From positions 1 through 27,323 of IMG/VR virus record IMGVR_UViG_2537561979_000007: a stretch of DNA of 27,323 bases, one strand, 5' to 3'. The position numbers and the translations under genes were made by a program. Positions 26,701 through 27,323 of this stretch are shown one piece after another; within the stretch, counting starts at the first letter, position 1, and the number at the start of each line of letters is the position of its first letter. Origin of the DNA: a virus. Lineage: Duplodnaviria; Heunggongvirae; Uroviricota; Caudoviricetes. The notes under the pieces were generated by a model. The model saw only the letters and a list, made by a program, of their open reading frames with translations, was not told the origin of the DNA and did no database searches.

Positions 26701-26966
26701 ACGTCAATTTAGAAAGATTTCTTGCTGCGTATCAGGCCTGTGGAAAATTCTATCTTGGATGTGATGCGATGTTAAAAAATATTGTTCCTGAGCATCCACA
26801 AAGAGATAGTTTAGGGATAGAAATGAGTACGTTAGATGTTAGGTGGGCTTGGGAAATTGGGTTAAATGATGTTGATTGTATTGGGGTTAATTTAAAAGAA
26901 GATGACCCCTATATTCCTAGTGATGTAGCTGAGATCCCATTATTGCAATTGATAAACAGTAAATAA
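23715..26966 (+). CDS. Large orphan protein (1083 aa): N-terminal Mrr-like PD-(D/E)xK nuclease-type motifs plus about 900-aa predominantly helical C-terminal region
   Basis: Uninterrupted 3.25-kb ORF, GAGGAG upstream, visibly AT-rich; N-terminal GGDGKTD ... AFAVSTRK ... KVFCVTNQS resembles the Mrr catalytic pattern (GDGGIDG ... QCK ... GVFITTSSF); no Walker A/B motifs. Confidence 0.8.
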   Translation: MNVQKTKFSSKEFLRRRRPEKFSDSTIRETGTLDRVVLEHFLSTLNTRNQELQFEDFAKKICEKIICPNLLEQTGPVAGGDGKTDTQTFPVSEQNKLLWFEGVNEASNRERWAFAVSTRKDWKKKCHEDVLKIKETERGYAKVFCVTNQSAKSNIRSEVEDTLKTKTGIDVRILDINWLLDQIYKNNFEQLAIDSLSVPTQYKREVIFGENDYKKHKKYEELTEYIREKINPAEISYEQVDIFLEIAELSAELEKPLIETQGLFERAIKISKKFGTNQQLLDAYYQYAWKSHFWMEDFNLFEENLQFAYESIASSTNSSKWEKVLNLVTVHKSYIRLNNATSTIDIENIERNMLAKLDEIADDESRPSNALTARTHKAIYKLTTFSDVEDASVVFEELHEIFKNSGNLIGYSFEKNFQLLNELDDIFFEVDAYENLLDYMTEQSAVRGGEVKGALLNLRRGIKRIQNGHPYQAIKYLGKSFIPLYKEESRDKFILALKAIAYAYESIGLLWSSRSCLLLSASLITDNYWKYDEISLKQAEIYYSLCLAEIKLGKLAHALLWYELFLIINQNISDSSFGDKENQQVDFYISQLILNTDLNGINRQSNIPDELDRLGLFVSSGCLKYALGYIENFEHEYEVTADKDHNDFLQKIRDFDAGFNSKGIKDNYDKRGIYTSFIFGCTIEINFPNRSPFIEFSTSILALLESAFATCTIDNIHLKEAFLIIEVIADDEDDFSLSHEINSNNGKLNLTINCNGFETSAFRVDVQQKITNEFKKIVFDLLPELFFIKNTEYIERMIFEDAAFDRAISFGACIKAIENVLGNDIDQQIKKIYSTSTEKKTYPLLRDKPWDSEFPKVLEIEDVNVPTPGKGIMPEEELNSENITHKDYSIQSLIKPRLWDRTRWQGVGFAQLKSCYPGLYLLFKHPDIGEDIFKDLISSVGLVDSKARLRVCIVKGISVKNPNHYRVLISENMMTTPLTKRMTMISRINTMTPDSNVNLERFLAAYQACGKFYLGCDAMLKNIVPEHPQRDSLGIEMSTLDVRWAWEIGLNDVDCIGVNLKEDDPYIPSDVAEIPLLQLINSK

Positions 26967-27170
26967 AATGTTTGCCAAGAATACCGCCTCTTAAGGGGCG
27001 GGTTCTAAACAAATCTTTAGCCTCTTCACTAATGCTATTAGTGTTATCGCTTTTACAATAAATTGCCGACCTGCCCCCATTGCTTAACACACATCGAAGT
27101 AAGTATGCATTCCGAACTTCCGCCCCTCGCTCATAACAGACATTCACTACAGTTATGGTAGAAGGTATGT

Positions 27171-27323
27171 ATGCTGATTGGGGAAAGTGTGAAAGAAAAG
27201 AAGACTGCTGCGCTGTTTGTCGTCACGTTTATCTTCATTGGCTATGCAAGTCATAATACAAGGTGGGACAAAACTGAGACACATAAGGCCTCACAATGGC
27301 TTGCAAGGCTTTACATGTTTTGA
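27171..27323 (+). CDS. Possible small membrane protein (50 aa), ending at the window edge
   Basis: ATG 7 nt after GAAGG; one hydrophobic helix (AALFVVTFIFIGYA); stop codon is the last three bases of the window; short ORF, low confidence. Confidence 0.3.
   Translation: MLIGESVKEKKTAALFVVTFIFIGYASHNTRWDKTETHKASQWLARLYMF

Noticed and set aside
21480-27323. attR (copy of the thrW 3' end) at the prophage right end
   Set aside because: Read the intergenic regions by eye for TATCGGCACCA-like sequence and found none; the right boundary is therefore left unresolved rather than called.

Overview
This window reads as an Escherichia-type chromosomal segment: a complete proA (1..1254), tRNA-Thr(CGU) thrW (1369..1444), and directly beside the tRNA a lambdoid prophage that appears cryptic. 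The prophage carries int/xis, an early-left block matching the YfdP/Q/R/S/T set in size and order, a cI/cro immunity region with TTGC-N7-GCAA operators, an O-like replication gene with internal iterons, a Nin-like block (LexA-DBD-only protein, RusA, KilA-N, DUF968), a short Q antiterminator, an orphan DNA methyltransferase, holin and lambda-R endolysin. Immediately after R an Rz start (about 8 codons) is fused to a 5'-truncated, frameshifted lom, so the packaging/head/tail genes are missing; only stf and a second tail-fibre gene remain. Three regions look like accessory cargo and are the best candidates for an undescribed system: (i) an AT-rich two-gene cassette convergent with Q (about 313-aa cytoplasmic protein plus 147-aa four-TM protein, RexA/RexB-like in architecture only); (ii) a rightward gene embedded in the leftward early operon next to the immunity region (coiled-coil plus Cys4 ribbon); (iii) an AT-rich region beyond the tail fibres with an orphan 264-aa gene, a P4-type integrase remnant and a 1083-aa orphan ORF whose N-terminus resembles an Mrr-like PD-(D/E)xK nuclease domain. 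No CRISPR array, rRNA or attR copy of the thrW 3' end was found. All family assignments are from motif recognition by eye; no database search or computed statistic was available.
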